From an uncultured Planctomycetota bacterium (lineage in GTDB: Bacteria; Planctomycetota; Planctomycetia; Isosphaerales; Isosphaeraceae): 64,000 nucleotides of DNA. Position 1 is the first letter of the stretch. Every line of letters begins with the position of its first letter. The stretch spans positions 2,944,001 to 3,008,000 of the forward strand of contig CAWGMQ010000004.1 in NCBI GenBank assembly GCA_963823665.1. The letters are read 5' to 3'. The position numbers and the translations under genes are program-made. Under the pieces are notes generated by a model that was not told the origin of the DNA, did no database searches, and saw only the letters and a program-made list of their open reading frames with translations. Below, piece by piece: positions 59,101-64,000 of this stretch.

Positions 59101-59495
59101 TCGATCGACATGCGCGCGACCCGATGCTCTCGCGCCCGGCGCCGAGCGTCTCCCAGTCGCGTCTTCGCGGCGATGCGGTAGGCGACCCGGTGCAGCCAGG
59201 CTCCGAGGCAACCGGGCTCGCGGACTCGCAGCGATCCGGCGCGCCGGACGACGACCAGGAATGTGGCCTGGAATGCGTCCTCAGCCGCGTGCGAATCGCC
59301 GAGCACTTGCCGGCAGACGGTCAGCACCATCGCGCCATGACGCGTGAGGAGGGTCTCGAACGCAGCATCCGCCGCGTCATCCCGCCGTATTGCAAATCGC
59401 TCGAGCAGCTCGCGGTCTGTCAGGCCGACGGAGCTGCCTGGGCCGAACAGTCGACCGAAGCGGCGGGCGAGGTTTTCCACCGATGCGCTTGCCAT
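56125..59495 (-). CDS. ECF-fusion 4: ECF sigma + TM + WD40 repeats (frameshift near 57720)
   Basis: GLTDRELLERF..AEDAFQATF..LPAKYRAPVVLCYFEG..GTVRGRLARAR; D..GDPLP..A.ARLG; many FSPDG..LWD units. Confidence 0.9.
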
Positions 59496-59657
59496 GATTT
59501 GGCCTCCGAGCGTGGACCAACGTGATTCATACTCCTTTTTCCCATGACTCGTTGGCGCAATACACTTTTTCTAGCTCGTCGGCTCCCGCCATGAACGATC
59601 AATCTTCCTTTGCGGCAATGAAATGAGCCACAACGGCCCCGACCAGAGCGAAGAAGA

Positions 59658-59745
59658 TTATCTGCAACTACTCTGCAGATAGGCCAACACCTCGGCCGTT
59701 TTGTAGGTCTTGCCGTTTGATGCGCGCCTTCGATCCAATTCCTCT
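59658..59745 (-). pseudogene. Orphan antitoxin 3' tail
   Basis: EELDRRRASNGKTYKTAEVLAYLQS, similar to the antitoxin 1 C-terminus. Confidence 0.8.
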
Positions 59746-59786
59746 CAACGGACGCTTGCGATGACCGTTCGTCCGTGCGATCAAGG

Positions 59787-60060
59787 TCAACTATTTCGAC
59801 GTGGTTGGTAATACCACACGTGCCCGACCCGTACGGCCCGCTTCTCCACGTTTACATTGAAGAATACGCCCAGCGGCGCAACAAAGAGGACTCGTCGGTC
59901 CTCTTCTCTGGACTCGCTTCCGAAGAAACGGATCAGCCTTCAGTTCTCGGTCGATCGTATTGGTCGCTTCGACGATAGCCCGACGTTGGTTCGAATCGGC
60001 ATCAGTCCAGATCGCAGCCAAGTGTTCGTCCGTTTCGGGCGCCCGTTCGACCTTATACAT
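59787..60060 (-). CDS. RelE/ParE-like toxin 2 (frameshift near 59925)
   Basis: MYKVE..LAAIW..IDRELKADP..SESREEDRRVLFVAPLGVFF..VRVGHVW; start overlaps the antitoxin stop. Confidence 0.7.
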
Positions 60061-60293
60061 CAGAGACTTTCCAAATGGGCCAGGACTTCAGCCGTCGTGT
60101 AAGTCTTGCCCTTTTGAGCCATCCGGCGTTGCCATTCCTCTCTGCTCAGGTGGGGCTCGCCAGTCTCGTCCTCGCTCACAATGACCGGCACGACCCGAGC
60201 GAGCACATGGCCGGATTCGTCGCACAACTCGAGCATCTCCGTCAGATCGTGCAGTCTCTCCCGAAGCGCAGTATCACAGATCACCCTTGTCAT
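60060..60293 (-). CDS. Putative antitoxin 2
   Basis: Paralog of 55737-55970. Confidence 0.7.
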   Translation of the reverse strand: MTRVICDTALRERLHDLTEMLELCDESGHVLARVVPVIVSEDETGEPHLSREEWQRRMAQKGKTYTTAEVLAHLESL

Positions 60294-60604
60294 GCCTGTC
60301 TCCACACCGTTAGGTGGTAAGCCGAGTCGTCCAATTCATCCTTATTCTATGCAAGCCTGGGTCTTCAGGTAAACGCGAGCCCTTGCCGTGCCCTCGATCC
60401 ATCTTCACCTCCGCGGATAACGATCGATATGGAAGCGACAAACCGCAACGGGGCACGCGTCCGCCTCCCAGAATTCCCTCGACCTCGTTGATCCCTCGAC
60501 CGCTTCACTCTCGCTTGGCTGGGTAGAGAGAGAAAGAGAGTCGGATCGGAGCACCGGTCCGAGCTCGACGACCCACTGCGTATTCAGCATGAAGGAGAGC
60601 ACCC

Positions 60605-61951
60605 ATGTCCGCCAAGCGACGTTCCGCATGCAAACCCAGTTTCGACCGCCTTGAGGGCCGCGCCCTGCTCGTCACTCTCACGCCGCCGATCATCAAGACG
60701 GCCTACGATGCTAACAACTACTACTACGAATTTAACGGCGGGAACGTCACCCCCAACGGCTCCGGCGTAACGATCGCGATCGTCGTCGACGGGATCGATC
60801 CGAACATCGTCCACGACTACGAGGAATTCGACGCCATTTACGGCCAGCAGCCTGACTTTGGATTCGCCCAAATCGCGATGCCCGGCGCCGAGACCGCGTC
60901 AACGAGCTGGGACCGGGAAATCTCGACGGACGTTGAGTGGGCGCACTCGTTCGCACAGAAGGCCAACATTGACCTGGTCGAGTCGTCGGACAGCTTCGCA
61001 GGCCTGATGGCCGCCGTGAACACTGCCCGGAATTTGCAGGCCGTTTCGGTGGTGTCGATGAGCTGGGGAGCCGCTGAAATCCCCGCCTACCAGTCCTATA
61101 GCTCGATCTTCACCACGCCTGCCAACCACATTCCCGTGACTTTCGTGGCCGCATCGGGGGACGACGGCGGGTACAACAACACTCCTCCCACGCGTAGCAC
61201 AATAGGCGTGAATTTTCCGGCGTCCGATCCCAACGTCCTCGCCGCGGGCGGCACCGTCTTGAACACGGATTCAAGCGGTGATTATGAGGGCGAGACGGCC
61301 TGGTCCGGTAGCAACGGCGGCTACAGCACGGTCTTCTTCGAGCCGTCATACCAGAAGGGCGTGGGGAATACCGGTCATCGCATGGTGCCCGACGTCTCGA
61401 TGATTGCCTCCGACGTGCCGGTCTACTGCACCGCCTTCGGTGGACTGGTCTATGCCGATGGCACCAGCTTCGCGGCCCCGGCGTGGGCCGGCATCATCGC
61501 CATTTCCAATCAGGGACGAGCTCTGAGGGGCCTGAGCACCCTGGATGGCGCCACCCAGACCCTGCCGGACCTGTACGCCCTGCAGGCGCAGGCGGATGGT
61601 TACACGACCTACTTCCACGACATCACGACCGGCTCGAACGGCGTCTATTCGGCGGGCAAGGGATACGACCTGGTGACCGGGTTAGGCTCACCGGTCGTCG
61701 ATGAAATCGAAAGCGGCCTCTCGGGTGTGCCGATCATCCGCACCGAACCGTCGTCGTCTGCGCAGATCCAGGCATCACCCGAGGGCAGTCCAACTGACGT
61801 CGCGATGGCGGCGTTGCCGGCATCTGGAGGTCCCTCGAACCAGACTCGGACGGAGATGTTCGCCACGAGTGCGCTCGGTGGCTCGCCTCGAGTCGCCGGG
61901 CTCGACCGCGCACGCGGAGGCAACCCCTGCGAGCCACCTGCCCCCGCCTGA
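60605..61951 (+). CDS. S53 (sedolisin/kumamolisin) family peptidase
   Basis: EISTD (ExxxD), SMSWG, ASGDDG, PASDPNV..GGT, VPDVS, GTSFAAP, YDLVTGLGSP; LEGRALL leader. Confidence 0.9.
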   Translation: MSAKRRSACKPSFDRLEGRALLVTLTPPIIKTAYDANNYYYEFNGGNVTPNGSGVTIAIVVDGIDPNIVHDYEEFDAIYGQQPDFGFAQIAMPGAETASTSWDREISTDVEWAHSFAQKANIDLVESSDSFAGLMAAVNTARNLQAVSVVSMSWGAAEIPAYQSYSSIFTTPANHIPVTFVAASGDDGGYNNTPPTRSTIGVNFPASDPNVLAAGGTVLNTDSSGDYEGETAWSGSNGGYSTVFFEPSYQKGVGNTGHRMVPDVSMIASDVPVYCTAFGGLVYADGTSFAAPAWAGIIAISNQGRALRGLSTLDGATQTLPDLYALQAQADGYTTYFHDITTGSNGVYSAGKGYDLVTGLGSPVVDEIESGLSGVPIIRTEPSSSAQIQASPEGSPTDVAMAALPASGGPSNQTRTEMFATSALGGSPRVAGLDRARGGNPCEPPAPA

Positions 61952-62017
61952 CCGCCGGCATGACCACCACGACCGGGCCCTTGGCTCGCTGCTCGGGGGT
62001 GATCTCCTCTCGAGGCC

Positions 62018-64000
62018 CTGAGCAGAGACCGGGATTACGCCAGCGATCTTTCCTGCTTCATCGAACGAACGGGTCGGGCGGGAAGCCGTGGTCGAGCCGA
62101 TCTGCGCCTGGTGCACTTTCGCGAGATTGAGCAAATGGAACTTGAGAGCCTGCTGGTAGAACGGCTGGCGCGGCATCGCGGCCAGTGCGGCCCGCTGATG
62201 TTTGATCGCTCGCTCGAGCTTCTCTCGCGCCTCCGGTAATCGTCCCTGGCCGATCTCGATCTCGGCGATGCGCTCGAGCGTGAAGCCGAGATAACTCTGA
62301 AAGGAGTGAACCGACGGGTTGTCGTGCGCCAGTCGTTCCCAGATCTCGACCGCCCTTCGGTACGATTCAAGCGCCGGAGCCACCGGCTTCGTGTCTTTGA
62401 GCAAGTCGCCGATGTTGGTAAGGCATGCGGCCAGCTCGCTCAGGCACAGCGTGGCCGAGGGATAGTCGCGCGCCAGCCGTTCCCGAATCACAAGCGTTCG
62501 CCGATACGACTCGAGTGCCTCGGCCGGATGGTTCGTCTCGGCCAGAAGTTTACCGATGTTGTAGCGGCTGACGGCCAGGTCGTGGTGAAACGCGTCGATC
62601 GTCGGGTTGTCGTGCGCCAGTCGCTCGAAGATCTCGAGCGCCTGGCGATGCGATTGGAGCGCCTCGGCGGGCCGGCCGGTGTCGGCGAGCAGTGCTCCGA
62701 TGTTGTTGTGACTCCAGGCCAGATAGCTCTGGTACTCGTTGACATCGGCCGTGGAGGTCGACGAGCCTTCTAAAGGTCGCGAGCGCCCCGCGGTACGACT
62801 CGAGTGCCTGAGCCGGCTGGCCCATTTCGTACTGCAGCTTACCAATGTTGTTGTGCACCGTGGCCAAGTCGCGCTGGTACTCGGTGACGGCGGGATTGTC
62901 GCGAGCGATACGCTCGAGGATCTCGAGTGCCCGGCGGAATGACTCGACTGCCTGCGCCCGCTGGCCTGTGTTGGTCAGCATGTTCCCCAGGACGTTGTGA
63001 CTTCCGGCCAAGTCGCTTTGATAACTGGCGACGGCGGGATTCTCGCGGGCCAGTTGTTCTCGGACGGCGAGCGCCTCGGAGTGCGACTGGATCGCGTCGG
63101 GGAGGCTGCCGAACTGGCTCGTGGTCTCGGCCAGGTCGAAGCTCGCGCCGGCGAGCCTGGTCAGCGCGTCGGGACGGGTCGCACTGTCGGCCCGGAGCTC
63201 TTCGCACAGTTTGCGGAAGAACTCGATCGGCTCTTTCAAGAGGGCCTGGCGCAGCCCACCCAGCTCCGCTTGGTTCTTGAGCACCGCGTTGGCCTGGACC
63301 ACGTCGCGGAACTTCTTCACCGCGGCGATTGCCAGATCCTCACGCGCTTCCGCCCGCCGCCGCTGCTTGTCCAGTTCCTGATTCTTGTGGACGAGAGCCA
63401 CGTTCGTGGTGTCGAGCTCGCGGTTCTTACTTGCCAGGACCGTTGCGAAGCCCGCGAGCGCGGCCAGGCCGAAGACCAGCACGGCCGCCGCGCTTGTGAC
63501 CAGCGTCCGATGCCGCCGCCTCCACCGCCCTACGCGAAGCCCGATCGGTTCGTGCCAGGCCGTCACCGGCTCGTCGGCCAGCCAGCGCTTCACATCCGCG
63601 GCCAGCTCGAGCGCCGTCGCATAACGGTCCGCCGGCCGCGCGGCCATCGCCTTCAGGCAGATCGCCGCCAGGCGCGCGGTGCCGCCGGCCCGATCCGCCC
63701 AGGCGCGGGGAACTCGCAGTGCCTCACCTGCTCGAGGATCTCGCCGTGGGCGCCGCCCCTGTAGGGAGCTTCGCCAGTCAGGATCGCATAGAGGATCGCT
63801 CCCAGGCTGAAAAGGTCGCTCGCCGGGCCCACCTCCGCCGGTTGCTCCCGGGCCTGTTCGGGACTCATGTACTGAAGCGTTCCCACCACCCCCAACGTGG
63901 GCGTGCCCGAGCCCGAGCTCGGTGTGAGAGCCTCTTCCCCGGCGCCGTCTGAGGCCTTATCTCGCTCGAAAGGCTTGGCCAGACCCCAGTCGACGACCAG
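62018..64000 (-). CDS. Ser/Thr protein kinase with TM and TPR repeats, 5'-truncated by the window, several frameshifts; 3' end approximate
   Basis: VVDWGLAK, GT..YMSPEQ, SDLFSLG, RY..A.ELA.D..RWLADEPV, repeated LA.SHNN.G.L TPRs. Confidence 0.9.

Noticed and set aside
36519..60293. Diversity-generating retroelement, retron or prophage as the cause of the array
   Set aside because: No reverse transcriptase, integrase or phage structural genes, and no adenine-specific TR/VR pattern seen

Overview
GC-rich bacterial DNA with strong Planctomycetota (Isosphaeraceae/Gemmataceae-like) hallmarks: ECF sigma factors fused to long C-terminal extensions, TIGR03067- and DUF6263-like exported proteins, an LEXRXLL-leader protease, a TPR-kinase and many short dispersed repeats. 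Roughly 15-20 genes, including housekeeping ones (hemH, dinG), are broken by single-base frameshifts, most likely long-read indel errors, so split ORFs are merged below and breakpoints are approximate. Layout: 0.5-7.6 kb glycosyltransferase/TPR cluster with an atypical IscU; 8.1-13.4 kb decayed accessory patch (Rhs remnant cut by IS66, MITE-like element, GxxExxY gene); 13.7-36.5 kb mostly core genes; 36.5-60.3 kb an array of four ECF-sigma/membrane/sensor-domain fusions interleaved with Rpn-like nuclease genes and RelE/ParE-like toxin-antitoxin pairs; 60.6-64 kb S53 protease and a partial kinase. The best candidate for an undescribed system is the 36.5-60.3 kb array. Three ECF genes share an exact GGGAATGCC-N15-CACTACACT upstream motif, and a fourth degenerate copy has no gene behind it. 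A displaced C-terminus sits in frame behind one ECF stop codon. The Rpn genes carry RBS-equipped internal C-terminal modules that are duplicated or selectively retained, and both TA pairs leave orphan antitoxin tails. All family assignments are from motif recognition; no database searches were run.
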